Source: Eledone cirrhosa (lineage: Eukaryota). Taken from it: 64,000 nucleotides of DNA. The notes under the pieces are model-generated. The model saw only the letters and a program-made list of their open reading frames with translations. It had not been told where the DNA came from and ran no database searches. The translations under genes were made by a program, and so were the position numbers. The stretch covers positions 168,826,001 through 168,890,000 of the forward strand of contig OZ024741.1 in the NCBI GenBank assembly GCA_964016885.1, given 5' to 3'. Shown one piece after another: positions 14,391-28,620 of the stretch (the stretch's first letter is position 1; every line of letters starts with the position of its first letter).

Positions 14391-14624
14391 AAGTGAAATG
14401 ACAAAGACAGGAAAATAGCAGGTTAATTTTAGTTGACTTGGAAATGTCACCAATCATGCAACAAAATATCAAACGTTATGTTTAGACATCGAACCTTGTG
14501 TGCCTACAATGTCTGTCTATATGGTGAGGCAATGGGAAGCAAAATACAGTCTACGGGGGAGAACATTTGAAAAAATTGACTCACAATATATTTACATTCA
14601 ATCGAACTATTTCCAACCAAACAT

Positions 14625-14840
14625 ATTAGTTTCTGATTTAGGCACAAGGACAACATTTTTTTTTGGGGGGGGGGGGATTAAATCGTCCCAGTGCACTACT
14701 GGTATTATGTTTTATTGACCCCGTAAGGATGAAAGGCAAAGTTAACCGCGGCGGAATTTGAACTCAGATCGTATAAGGGCGTAACCCTATGCCATAAAAC
14801 ATGTTGTCCGGCGCCCTACCAGTACTCCCAATCCACCTTC
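14625..14840 (-). mobile_element. SINE family A
   Basis: gaccccgtaaggatgaaaggcaaagttaac...ggaatttgaactcag. Confidence 0.8.
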
Positions 14841-15967
14841 CTTTTCCAGCCCACCATATTAAATTATAATGCCTATAGCGCACACACAGAGCGAGAGACA
14901 CACCTGCAGGCACACACATACATATACATCTATTGAGGACCAGCTCTGTTGATATATATTTATATGTGTTTATGTGTAAATATGTATGTATTTAATTCTG
15001 TCAGTGTGCGTGTGTAATACGTATATAAACATCCCACATGCATGTACCTATAAATATGCACTTCACCACACATATAAACACACACACGGACCTACATGCA
15101 CACATTAATACAGCTATGTATCAAGTAAGGAATATGTATTAGTGTGTATGTATATCTGTTGCTGTTGTGTTTTTTTGTGTCTTGTTTTTTTTTGTTATTT
15201 AGCCCGAATTCAAATCCCACCATGTTCAACGTCATCCATCTTTCAGAGTCAATTAAATTAGTGCTACAGTCGATTTAATCGATTTTCCCCTCCCTTTCAA
15301 ATTGCTGGCCTTGTGCCTAGAGTAGAAACAATTATTATTATATTTGTTGAACGAAGTAAGAGCTACAGTAAGTTTGTTATTTTAAGTTGTTTGAACCAAA
15401 ATTTGTAAAACATATTTGTGTTTCAATGGGAACATAAGGCACCTGCCATTGCCCTGAAGAAGAGACTCTCCTTAATATTTGAACTTTATTTTCTGTTTGA
15501 ACATTTCTTTTTACTTAAAACATCGACGGAATACGCCTCCTCCCGTTAAATCAGCTGTCATGTAGGAGCGGCCTAAATGTCAAGCGAAGTAACACCGCTT
15601 CTACCACAACAATTACGAACACCAACACCACATTATGCAATATCACTAACAACAACAACGCCAACAGCAGCACCAACAACAGCAAAAACAAAATAAATGA
15701 GAGTAACAGTGGGAATAATGACAGAAATGACGACATAAATACCCAACTTCGTGTTACTAAAAAATGTATGGCCCTTGTAACACGATGTCAAGATATTAAG
15801 GAAGAGGGGAGATATTTGGCACTTGCACCTTCATAGTTCCTCCAAACACTGCTGATGGTGCGGATGCCAATAAACATCCACAAAAACAATAGGGAAAGTT
15901 TCCGCGACGACGTCGGGACCCCTAATGTGAAACTTAGAGTAGGCTTTTAAATAGGTTCCCAACGGTA

Positions 15968-17412
15968 AAGTTGCTCGTGGTTTGGTTCGGACCAGACCTC
16001 CAGGTAGATAAGAATTGGAAGGAGATGACGGGCAGGGTAGCCAGTCTCACCCAGAAATGGGCTGCGAGGAAGCTATCAGTGAAAGGTCGGGTGGAGGAGG
16101 CGAACGCGTGGGTCATCTACTACCACCTGACCGTCGTCCCTTGCCCCCGTCCGCACCTCGCCAACTTCGAACGGATCCTCTTCAAATTCTTGTGGAGGGG
16201 ACAGGTTCCGTTGGTGAGGCTGTCCATCTGCTGCCAGCACCCTCTACATGGAGGGCTGGGCATGTCGTGGCTAATGATGCGCAAACATGCGCTGAGGCTG
16301 TGGCATCTCCAGATATTCTACCTAAACGGTGAACTGATGTGGTCGCCGTTTGTCAGACGGGCCTTTCCGCAGCTTGTCTCTTTGACTGAGCTACAGTCCT
16401 GGGTCAAGAAAAGACCGAGACTGGGTGACTGGCATCTGGAATGTTGCCAGGCACTCACTGCAACTCTACCAGGCGGGCAAATCGGTCAGTGGAACTTCCA
16501 TTCTCGAGTTCTATAGAGGATTAGTGGTGAGCAAGTGCGATGACACACTTGGAGAGGCTCTGGGCATCGACGAAGTCGAACTAACCAGTCTGTTCCAGAG
16601 GAATTTCGAGCCGGGGACGATGGATAACTTCAAAAAATCCCTCGCTTGGTAGTGCTACCAGGGGGCACTACCGGTTCGAGGTAAACTCTACAGGCATGGA
16701 AGTGCTGTCAGACGGACCTGCCCGAGATGCGCGCAAAACGACGAAACCGTTCTGCATGCACACATCCAGTGTCCGTGCATTACTGACTTGTGGAGTTATG
16801 TCGAACAGTTGTTGTCGCGTGTAAAACGGATCTGGCTATCAGCCGAGTCCATAGCGAAGATCGACCCGCCGCCTTCTTTTGGCCAGGAGGGGCAGGCAAT
16901 TTTCCTCTGTCTGATGGCAGTTGCGAAAGAGGTTGTATGGTGGACGCGGCTGAAAGGACTGAAGACAGACACTTTTCTCTTCGGCCAATCCCTCATCAAC
17001 TTTTTCAAATTTCATTTGGATAGGAAGGTGAGGGTGGAGAGAGAAGTGCTGCCCCCCCCCCCCCCCCCAGTACATTTGCTGAAAGGTGGGTGAATGTGGT
17101 GAGAATGGTCCGTGTGAGTGGGCCGACGCTGATCATGCGCCTGTAGACTGGTGAATTTGAGGGGGAGAGGGGTGCCCTTCCAGGGTGCCGTCGATGCGTC
17201 GGGTGGTTCAGGATTGGTGGGGTACCTGAGTCAACCCTAGGTGGTCACCCCCCCCCCCCCCCCCCATTGGGGAATTTTCATTGTTGTATTTTTCTTGTTT
17301 ATTGTTATTGTTTTCCTATTTTTTTATACTCGATTTTTATGTTAACCCCCACTGTCCTCATCTATTGTATTGTCCCCTATATGTCGGCCCCTGTGGCCAA
17401 TAAATGAAACCA
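15968..17412 (+). mobile_element. Tx1/L1-like LINE 3' portion (post-RT region, CCHC zinc finger, 3' UTR)
   Basis: KWAARKLSVKGR, LFKFLW, GGLGM, LPVRGKL..CPRCAQNDETVLHAHIQC; AATAAA at ~17399 directly followed by (TAG)n. Confidence 0.85.
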
Positions 17413-17488
17413 TTAGTAGCAGTAGTAGTAGTAGTAGTAGTAGTAGTACTAGTAGTAGTAGCAGCAGCAGCTGTAGTAGTAGTAGTAA

Positions 17489-17537
<49 letters not shown>

Positions 17538-17586
17538 TGTAGTAGTAGTAGTAGTAATAGTAGTAGTAGTAGTAGTAGTAGTAGTT

Positions 17587-17629
<43 letters not shown>

Positions 17630-17682
17630 CAACAGCAGCAGCAGCTATAGTAGTAGTGGTAGTAGTAGTGGTAGTAATACTA

Positions 17683-17716
<34 letters not shown>

Positions 17717-17858
17717 AAGTAGTAGTAGAAGTAGTAGTAATACTAGTAGTAGTAGTAGTAGTAGTAATAGTAATAGGAGTAGTAGTAGTAATAGCAGTAG
17801 TAGTAATAGTAATAGTAGTAGTAGTAGTAGTAATAGCAGTAGTAGTAGTAGTAATAGC

Positions 17859-17892
<34 letters not shown>

Positions 17893-18002
17893 ATAGTAGT
17901 AGTTGTTGTTGTTGTAGTATAAGTAGTAGTAGCAGTAGTAGTAGTAGTTGTAGTAGTAGTAGCAGTAGCAGCAGCAACAGCAGCTATAGTAGTAGTAGTA
18001 GC

Positions 18003-18039
<37 letters not shown>

Positions 18040-18122
18040 ACATCAGCTGCATTAGTAGTAGTAGTAACATCAGCTGCATTAGTAGTAGTAGTAACATCAA
18101 CTGCATTAGTAGTAGTAGTAGT
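17413..18122. repeat. ~700-bp imperfect (TAG)n microsatellite
   Basis: Direct reading; gives spurious poly-S/T/L/V ORFs. Confidence 0.97.
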
Positions 18123-19137
18123 TTTGTTATTATTATTTATCATTGCTGGCCTTGTGCCAAAAGTAGAAACGATTATTATTTATCATTTATTCATTTTATT
18201 GTTTTTGTTATTTTCAAATCAGTTATATTATTTTCTATTCCTGCTTGGGTAACAGCTATTCGTGTGCAGCAAGTGCAAATTATGCTGCAGTGTCACTGCA
18301 TCAGAAAAATAGTTGAAAAAAAATAAAAATATCGATTAGAATATCATGTAGCAGTTAAAAGGTATCTCAGATATCCTGTTACCAGAGCTACATGATTTCG
18401 ATCCCTATTTTCCGTTGAACAAACACTCGACACCTGATACCTTCTGAGGATATTTGGTTTTAACAAGATTAAACTTCTAACTGGTGCCAGACATTGAAAT
18501 GGAGTGCAATGGATCTCCATCAGTTAGGATGATAAGAGTGCCAGTTGTTTGTTTGACCAATAGACCAGCCTGCCTGTGAAATTAATCTGTAAGTGGCTGA
18601 GCATTCTACCCACAGACAAACGTGCACCATTAACGTATGACGCAGTGTGCGACATGGCTAGCCTTTTTGGCCAGCGCGTGAAACCCCATTTGCTCATAAT
18701 AGAGAAAGATATGGAGAGCGATGACAGAGGGAGTTTGGTTGCTCTGTGTTCTGACCTGGTGTACTTGTGTTTGTGACGAATAGATTATCACAGGGGTATA
18801 TTTCAGGAAGACACACTCTCCGGGAATCTACCTTGAATATTTTAACCTTTAAATATATATTAGTAAAACTGTTATTAACTATGTTAGCCCCAGTCTTCTA
18901 GACACCACTCCTGGCTTCACCACACCAATCCTATTTTAAAATGTTCACTCGCAATGTTTGTGTAAAACTCTTTTTAAGATATACTACAACTTGATACTTT
19001 GTTAGGACGGGAGGAGCAACAGGAAATAAAGTGTCTTTCTTAGAGATACAGTGCCCTGCCAGGAATTGAACTTATGACCTTCCTATCTAGAACCGAACAC
19101 TCTAACCATTAAGCCATGTGCTATCCGCAACATATAT

Positions 19138-19177
<40 letters not shown>

Positions 19178-19233
19178 GCGCCGTCGTCATCGTCATCGTC
19201 ATCGTCATCATCATCATTATCATCATCATCTCG

Positions 19234-19268
<35 letters not shown>
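19138..19268. repeat. (CAT)n microsatellite
   Basis: Direct reading. Confidence 0.95.
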
Positions 19269-19269
<1 letters not shown>

Positions 19270-19449
19270 TCTCCTTCTCTATATTAATATGCTCATGGTT
19301 TCCTTTTCTGTTCACCTTTATCTACAATATTTATATTCTAAACTTATTTTTATAGGAATTTATTAACTTGCAGAAAGATTTCAAGATTTAAACAAAAGTA
19401 CATCTTCATTTAATTGAAAAACATTTCTGTCTATTCTATTTGTTTATAG

Positions 19450-19501
<52 letters not shown>

Positions 19502-19630
19502 TCTCACATACATGTGTGTGGGTGTACCTACGCACACATATATCTATATATGTGTGTGTGTGTTGGGTGTGTATGAGTATGTGTGTATTTGTGCGTGTGT
19601 GGTATGTGTGTATGCGCGTATACATATATG

Positions 19631-19685
<55 letters not shown>

Positions 19686-20119
19686 GCGTATGTATGTATA
19701 TATAAATATAAATATTCGTGAATGAGGAATCCACCAAGTTAAGAACGAAAACAAATTTTGTTTATATATATATGTGTGTGAGTGTGTGTGTGTGTGTGTG
19801 TGTGTAACAACATGTTTGTTGTTGTTTTTTTATAAAAAGCTCTTTGCATTATTTTATTTTATCAATACTCTCACATCCCATTATAATAAGAACACATAAC
19901 ACTTTCCCAATGATATGTGATCGATTAGTAATAAATTATACGTTTATAGTGGTCCTTGTATTGTGGAGAGTTATACTTGAGATTAATGTATCTAAAAATA
20001 CATATTATATGTATTTTTAGATGCATTAACCTTATGCATGTTTACAGTGTGCAACATTTCACTAAGAATATTCCATTTTGTTTTTTGACCACTTGCTTCT
20101 CAGTTGAATTATAAGAGCC

Positions 20120-20640
20120 CTGTAATGTGGTAGAGTTGGTGTCACAATATAAGGTAGCCAGTATACTCTGTAGAGTAACAGTGCTAGTGTCATGATAGAA
20201 TGCACCCTGTATATTCTGTAAAGTGGTATTGCATGTGTCACAATATAATGTAAACGATACAAACTGTAAAGTGGTTGTTCTGGTGTCACGATATAATGCA
20301 CCCATTAAACTCTATGCAGTGATAGTGCTGGTGTCCCGATATAATGCACTGTTATGTGGTAGTGTTGGTATAATGATATAATACACCCAGTACACTCTTT
20401 AAGTAGCAGTGCTGGTGTCATGATAAAATTCACCCAGTTCATTCCAGAAAGTGGTAGTGTTTGTGCCATGATAGAATGCATTCAATAAACTTTGTAAAGT
20501 GGTAGTACTAATACCACAGTAAAACGCAGTCGATACGTTCTGTAAGATGGTAGTGCTGGTGCCACGATAAAATGCACCCTGTACACACTATAAAGTGGTT
20601 GATGTTAGAAAGTGGATCCAACGTAGAAACCATGTCAAAT
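20120..20640 (+). repeat. Diverged ~48-bp tandem repeat ending in an RTE-associated motif
   Basis: Unit gtggtagtgctggtgtcacgatataatgcacccagtacactctgtaaa; ends gtggttgatgttagaaagtggatcc. Confidence 0.75.
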
Positions 20641-22759
20641 ATGTAACAAATCGGTAAGACATGGTACTTTGACCAGTCAAGTTATGGACCAAGACAACCT
20701 ATCCATTTCTTTCCAGCATCGAAAATGGATGTAAAATGATGATAATTATATAGAGGATATCAGTGTAAGTGTATGTTTGATCTCTGTCAGCACCGATAAT
20801 TAATGTTAGAGTTGTTTGATCAATGATGCAACTTGTGAAATTGAAGTGTGACTGACAATTCCATAGATACGTATAAGCAGCGATCGCTCAGTGTATTCTG
20901 AAACCGAAACAAATATGAAGTACACCAAATTCAATGCTCCTAGGGGTGGCCCTGGTTCTTATTTGCGAGTGTAAACTAGGCCAGATTAGATAGATTAGAT
21001 AGATTAATGTAGTTTTCAGGGAGATTCAGTGTGACAGTGTGTGACAAGGCTGGTACAATAAATTACAGATACAGTCTCTCCCGTATTTAAATGAAAGCGA
21101 CTGCGCTTTCTACAGACATATGTACCCTTAAATATTTTTTTCAGGGAGTTTCAGCATAACACAATGTGTGACAAGGCTGGACCTATGAATTACAGATACG
21201 ATACATTTTATATTCCAGCTTAGTGGACTGGATCAAAATGAAATACAATATCTTACTCAAGGAAACACTGCGTCAGCAGGAATTGAGCTGCCGAACATGA
21301 AATCATGAACCAAACACCCTTGCTTCTAAACTATGTACTTTTACTCAATCAAAAATATACAGACATACACACACACTTAAGCACACACACACACACACTC
21401 AAACACACACATGCATACACACACACACACTCAAACACACACACACATACACACACTCAAATACACATACACACACACTCAAACACACGTACACCCATAC
21501 ACACATACATACATACACACACACACTCAAACACACGCGCACACATACAGACACACTCATACAAACATACATATACACACACTCAAACATACACACACTC
21601 AAACACACACTCAAACACACACACAACATACAGACACACGCAAACACCCACACATATACACACACTTAAACACACACACACACACACACATACACACACA
21701 CTCAAACACATGCACACACATACACACACACTCATACAAACACACATACACACACACTCAAACACACACATACACACACACTCATACAAACACACATACG
21801 TACGCTGTCATAAATACGCATGCAGAATCACAAGATGCCACACATACATTAACACTACACACGCATTCTCCGTTGATATTTCAGAAATGTTGACAATGCA
21901 ATAGACGGTCATAAAAAAGAGTTTTAAAATTAATGACTCGACCAAATACAATTGTTTGTTATTTACAAAATCTAATTGTTTCTTAATAGTACAGCAATTA
22001 TACTTTCACAATACATATATCATCATCATCATTTCACAATACAAATTAATCATCATCATCATCATCATCATCATCACCATCATCATCATTATCATCAACA
22101 TTCTCATCATTTGACGCCCACTTTCTCTTCTAGCAAGGGTTGAAACGGGGTTACTGACCGCCCAGACCGGGAGTTCGCATCTTTCTTACATACGGTTCCA
22201 CGTTCTACCGAATACGTTTTATCATGGCACCAGCACTAGGGAGGTTGTCATGTTTTGACACAACTAAAGGGTCCTCTCAACCCTTTGTTAGGCAAGCGTT
22301 CTACTGCTGGATGCCTTTCCTATCATCAACCTCTTTACAACATGTACTGGGTACGTTGATCGTGTAGACCACCAACACTTCAGAGGTTGATGGTCATTGG
22401 GAGGTTTGGGGGTTAGAGGATAATGGGGACAGGTATGGTGTTATGGATGTATGGCAAGTGTGGTGGATGTAGGGGCGTGAGGAGACCTTCGATAGTAAAG
22501 GCAGAGAGAGGAAATCATAATGATAAGAATACCTAAGCGGAGATAGTGGTGAGGGGTGTGTGTGATGTGGCCCATAGCATGTGGGGGGTCACTCACCAGT
22601 GGTGGGAAGCAATGGAGTGATAAATATAAAAAGCTAAAGTGTGGTACTGGAGGGGTTACATTGGAGTGGAGAAAGTAGCTACTAGGTTATGATAGTCAGA
22701 GTATCTAAGGGCTTTAGAGAGGAGGTCGCTAAGTGGGAATAGAGGATGGGGTATAGATG

Positions 22760-23400
22760 GGGTGAGGATAGCTACCAAGGAGTGCTAGTGGAAAGAAGGG
22801 ACACGGGAATGGGTAAGATCACATTATATGCTAGTGTTCGGGTCTTCACCAGTACAGTATAACGCCAGCCTCTGCGGTCCTTTGTCATCTCTGTTGTGGG
22901 ATTTAATTTCTTAAAATCGATCTTCACAACCTCGTCCCAAGTCTTCTTGAGTCTACTGCTTCCTTGGGTCCATCCACCGGGATTTCTCTGCATTTTTCCA
23001 TACAGTTGTTATTTTCCATACGCATTGCATATCCATACCAATGCAGTCTTCTCACTTGCACAGCACATCAATTCCTCTAATGCCGAATTTTTCTCTCACT
23101 TCGCTTATGCTACGTTTTTGAAGCCCACTAACATTACACAACCATTGGAGCATATTCTTTTCATTTCTTTCTTATCTTTGTAAGTCTTCTGTAATCAAAG
23201 CCCATGTTTTACTGCCATGTAGCATTGCAATTCGCATGGAGGCATCATACAGTCTACACTTCATTTTGAGAAAGAATCCCTTTGTTTTCAGCAGAGGTAA
23301 ACCTTTTCCAGCCTCTGCTTATCCTGGCTAGCACACTTTCATAGCATCCTCCCCCACTGCTAATTAGGTCGCCTAGGTAAGGAAAGCTATCAACAATTTA
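22760..23400 (-). mobile_element. RTE-clade LINE 3' fragment
   Basis: RLYDASMRIAMLHGSKTWA and KKTWDEVVKIDFKKL...RRGWR. Confidence 0.7.
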
Positions 23401-23582
23401 TAAGGAACCTTCCTGGCAACTGAGAGTGTTTATTTCCCATGTGCTCTTACTGCTTACATCTCCTATGCATCTGCCAATCTGCCATATACAAAATCTATAT
23501 ATATATACGCACACACGCCCACGAATACACACACACACGCGCGAGCGCGCGCATACATACATATACACACACACACACACAT

Positions 23583-23654
<72 letters not shown>

Positions 23655-23659
<5 letters not shown>

Positions 23660-23948
23660 TATATAGGGGATCAAAGAATCAGTGTTGCATCATAGCATAT
23701 TTAATTACATATTACATATGTTTCAGTGGCGATCAGCTCGAGGAACGATCTTTTCGTGATCGAACCTGACTCGGAACCGGAAGCTCCTCAGATATGTGTT
23801 AATATGTAGACTCGCCTCTGAGAGTCTACATATTAACACATCATGAATAGATCATGAATAGATCGTTCCTCGAGCAGATCGACAGGGAAACATATGTAAT
23901 ATGTAATTGATGTAACACTGATTCTTTGTTCCCTTATATATTAATATT
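23655..23948. mobile_element. Fold-back element next to (TA)n carrying a minus-strand HHR
   Basis: Arms 23655-23750 / ~23860-23948 are reverse complements; inner hairpin tgtgttaatatgtagactc/gagtctacatattaacaca. Confidence 0.75.
23707..23797 (-). ncRNA. Type I HHR with enlarged domain II
   Basis: acatat CTGAGGA [~60 nt] GAAAC ATAT GTA atatgt; 6-bp stem I; palindromic stem III. Confidence 0.55.
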
Positions 23949-23961
23949 ATTGATACTCTGC

Positions 23962-24147
23962 AGTATTGGATTGGCAGTATCGGTAGAGGGTCCGACGCCA
24001 TGCTTTGATGGATAGAGTTACGGCCCTTACCATTCTGAGTTCGAATCCCGCCAATGTTAACTTTGCCTTTCATCCTTACGGGGTCGATAAAATAAAGTAC
24101 CAGTAATGCACTGGGTATTTGCTGGCCTTGTTCCAAAAGTAGAAACA
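23962..24147 (+). mobile_element. SINE family A with 16-bp TSD
   Basis: TSD attattgatactctgc at 23946-23961 and 24148-24163. Confidence 0.9.
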
Positions 24148-24230
24148 ATTATTGATACTCTGCTTCTCAAGAACATCGAGTGCTCATTCGTCATACCGCC
24201 TACAGACGCAATTAATTTGCACCTTTAATA

Positions 24231-24294
<64 letters not shown>

Positions 24295-24673
24295 TAACAG
24301 ATTAAAGTTTAAGCAAAGAATCGCTGCTTTCACCCTTAACGGGATCTTCTGAAACTAAAAAAGTCAATCTGTGAACGCAGAAGTAAATATTTCAAAAAAC
24401 GTTGCAACCGGAGGAAGACAGGAAGACGATACTTTGGTTCGTGGAAACGTTCCTTGGCAAAGATCGCGAAAAAACGAAGATAATACGTCATTATTTGGAG
24501 CGGTAAAAAACAATTACACGCAAAAGACAAAACCACACGTTTATGGTATAAAAGAAGTCGTAGACTAATATTCTATTAGGTGGTTCATAGAGACGTTCTC
24601 TGGCAATGAACGGAAAAAACGAAGAAAATACGTCATAAATGTATTATTATTACTATATATATATATAACTATC

Positions 24674-24784
<111 letters not shown>

Positions 24785-27700
24785 TTCATATCAATAATAG
24801 TTTGTCGTAACTCTGCATTCCTATCAGTGGTTCCAAGATTAAAATACATTTATGTTCTCAGATGCAGTAAGTCAAATTGTCGCTGGCAAGATGAAGCACT
24901 CGTCTTTTCCCCTTTATCAATATTCATACTGTTTTCTTGAGTGCACATGATGGATAAAGCAGGCTTTAATGAGATTAATATTAATTACTAACATACAATA
25001 CAAATCACTGCAAGAGACAAGCTATATAAACTAAGAACATTTAGCCGTAAGACTTTTTAAAAGATCAATACAATTTTACAAATGCCTGTAGCGCTTGCTT
25101 CAAATATAATTTATTATTAGATAAACGGGAATTACTGAAATTCATGAACCCCTAATTAGAATAATATTATTTAAAGTTTATTTAAATGATAATTAAAGCT
25201 TCCCTTAAGGTAATAGCATTTTAAGGAAACTTATTTTAAAATTGAGAATTTGACTCTATTTATTTTTTCAGAAAAGAGAAATGCTAATGGCGACCAAACC
25301 AATTAGCACCTGAACATTTCTATTATGTTGCTACACAATCAAATCCTTATATTTAAAATGATTTATGAAAAACATAAAAACATCGGTTGCCTGAAAAGTT
25401 CTTATAATTTTCAGTAATATAGTAGCTGTAACTGCACAAGCTATAATTACATAATTATAATATCACAATTAAAATAATTACAATAATTAGATTATCACAC
25501 AGTAATGATTTAGTAGAACATATCTAAAAATCCCTTTGTTGTTTAATAAATTGTGATCGGTAAAATAAGTACCAGACTTTAAAATATAAATAAGAGTTGG
25601 AGTCGATATAATCGATTAAATTCCTTCAAGGCAAATACTTATAGCCTATTTACTAGTGAACAGATCATTCTGAAATTTTGCCATGCTGTCATAGTGTCGT
25701 TTTGTACTTTTCAAGAATGTCTTGCTAATGTGGTTTCATCTGATTTGTTAATTAAATGTTTATATCATCTTTACGAGAGGACATATTTTCAGTAAACTAA
25801 AGTAAAGATTTAAATTTGTTTAATGTAGTCCAGTTACAGTACTCTTTTGTAATTTTCAAGAATGTCTTACTAATATGGTTTTCCGCGGGAATGCTTTTGG
25901 GGTCTTGTCCGCGGGGCGTAGCCCCAACACCCCCACGCCCTAAGCCTAGAGCCCATCACTCTCCTCCTTCGCCCTCCCATTCTTCTGTGACCCTAGAACT
26001 CTTACATTTCCCTTCCCTTTCTGTTTTCAGAACCACAAAAGACAATTGCATTTTTTACCATAAAACATATGGCTAAAAATCAAAGGATTATCGTTATCCT
26101 TGTCAATACTTAAAACTTCATAAGATGAAAGCTCATTCTTCGAAAGAATCCATAATATGAATTTTAAATCAAAAACCCTCCCAATAAGTGCAAAAAGTAT
26201 ATTTGTGACCAGAATGATCTGCCGCTGAATTATATAATGATTGCTTACATGTTTGGATCACCCCTTTTCACATAAAATTAAAAACCAATTTTTTTCCTCA
26301 TCAAATCCAGTGATCCTCCATACAAAAATATTTTCTAATTCCATTAATGTTTAAACCATTCGTTACTATTTTTCTAATAAAAGACACTGCATGTGATTTT
26401 TAATTAATTGTTAAAATAATCAAGAATGTAGACTGATTTGGTACTGTAACTAACTTTCTCATTATCTAATTGAAATTTGGAAAATAACTTAAAAAGGTTA
26501 GGATGAAATCAAAGAAAACATAAACAACAAGCAATCAAAGATAAACGATATTATCGATGGAATAAAGATAGTGGGAGCTACATCAACAGCCAAATGCAGC
26601 ACAGAAAACCAAACTAACGTATACGACGGAACAAAACTTGATCCAGAAGAAATAATTGTTCTCAAGTTACCTTTAAAATATGCAAGGTATAGAATGGTAA
26701 AAACACCTGATATAGAAAAGAAACTTTACAAAAATCAGATAAAGGCTAAGAAATAAAAATAACGACAACACAAGCCACCAGATCAACATTTAGCAGCAAC
26801 AAAAACATGAACAGCAACACTTTCCACAATAACAACAATATAAACGACAACTCCACATACAACAACGACAACAACAATGACAGCCGAAACAAAATCTCTA
26901 AATCTCCCAAATTTCTAATTAACTGAGGTTAGGGTACAAAGATACACACACACATATACATACACACACACTCACACACACAAACACACTCACACACACA
27001 CAGACACACACACACACATAAAAGTAGAGAATAATTAAAATGACAATGAGAGACTCGTGGAGAAAAGGGACAAAGATGGGAGACAGCAACAGATAGACAA
27101 TGTGAAGGGGGTGATGTGCAGGTGATACATGCAGCAACTAAATTAAAAGCTTCTTAAAATATCTAATCTTCAGCATATACGACAAATCCTATGGTATGAG
27201 CCACATTTACCTGACAAAGTTGCCCTTTAACAAAAGAATCAACATCCACCATAGGCAGACGATCATAGTGAGGCACAATTTACAATAGCTAAGACAAAAC
27301 TCAGACAGATTCTGGAACAAGATGATAGGAGATAGTGCAAGACAAAGGCCCAACAATGTGGTGGGAAATCCACAAACAGTTTGTAAAAGCCCATGTGCGA
27401 CACACGAAATGGAGGGCGAAATAGAGGGATTGCATGCTTCCTGACAGACAAGTCTGTCAATATGTCCGTATACTAGTTGCCGAAGCATATTCAGGTGATA
27501 CAACCATTCATATACAACACAAGAGAGACAATGCCACACGAACATGAGGAAAGCGAGAGTATTCTCAACATACCTGATGATGTGTTCGAACATACTAAAA
27601 CTAAGGAAGTGTACAGCCAACAATTTCCAGACCTCGAACAATGATATTCCAATGCTCTGTGGGCGTCCTACAGATCACAAACAATTACTGATGGAAAAAT

Positions 27701-27959
27701 ATGCGGAGGTAGTAAGCGAGAAAGATGTGTTATGAGAGACTGACACCAGGGAGCTTGACTTCTTTTGTAGCTTCTGTCCTACCAGCCATGGGAGAAGCAG
27801 ACTGCCCTGCCAACTATTACCTCGATGGCAACAAAGACTCCCATAAAAAGAATAGAAAGGTGGACCAAAGATATATAGACGCCTGAAAACAGTGAACAGT
27901 TGAGGATATGAGTCACACTTACACTTTATGATGTGGTGGGACAGAAAATTTAATTACTC

Positions 27960-28620
27960 CCAAAACCCTTCAGATGAACCCCATTTCGGCCGCTTGTATT
28001 TGCGATCATATTCTTTCGCTCATTACTCAAGATTTATGATCATAGGTAAGGGTTAGCACGAATACCGAATTGAAGAATTCTTGCACTTAATTCAGCCTCC
28101 TGCCTTCCATCACTCGTGAACACGACCCCGAAATACTTCAGCTCCCCCACCTACTTCAGTGGAACACCATTTACATGTAGAGTGCACTACGCAGGCTTCC
28201 TTAAGAGGACGAGTGTCTCAGTTTTCGCAGCAATGATTTTCATTCCAGCCATGCACTCGACAACAAACCTATCAAGTGCAAGTCGGAGATCACATTCTGT
28301 CGAGTTAAGTAACACCATGTTGTCTGCAAATTCCAGCCGAATTATTTTATATCTGCCAGTCGCGATACCACTTCCAGCCATCCCACGCCTCCCAGGATAA
28401 GTTGCAGGTCCATCGCCAGTATTTGCGGCATGAAATAGGGACTGCAATATATTTTTCGAACAGGCCCTTCTACCTGAGGTCTGAACGCGTGTCCCTTATT
28501 AACCGGCACGAAGGAGCATGTGGTATGGTTCTTTTTCGTTCTTCTCCCCATATTGCAGTTTTGGTGGTCTTTTTCACGCCAGTCATCATCCTGGTATTTC
28601 TTCAAACCAGCGAAAATTAG
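27960..28620 (-). mobile_element. RTE-like LINE RT fragment
   Basis: LEFADNMVLL...GMKIIAAKTETLV, LKYFGVVF, PTLTY-like motif. Confidence 0.7.

Noticed and set aside
17342-18326. Long poly-Ser/Thr/Leu/Val ORFs (mucin-like)
   Set aside because: Translations of (TAG)n, open in several frames on both strands
21305-21904. His/Thr-rich ORFs (also 41976-42500, 12519-12909 and many YIYI/VCVC ORFs)
   Set aside because: Degenerate (CA)n/(TA)n microsatellites
24318-24358. Minus-strand CAGAAGA tccc gttaa ggg t GAAA motif
   Set aside because: U4 mutated and stems I and III unconvincing; counted only as a possible relic
26500-27740. Possible highly decayed PLE coding remnant
   Set aside because: Only vague motifs; cannot be supported by eye
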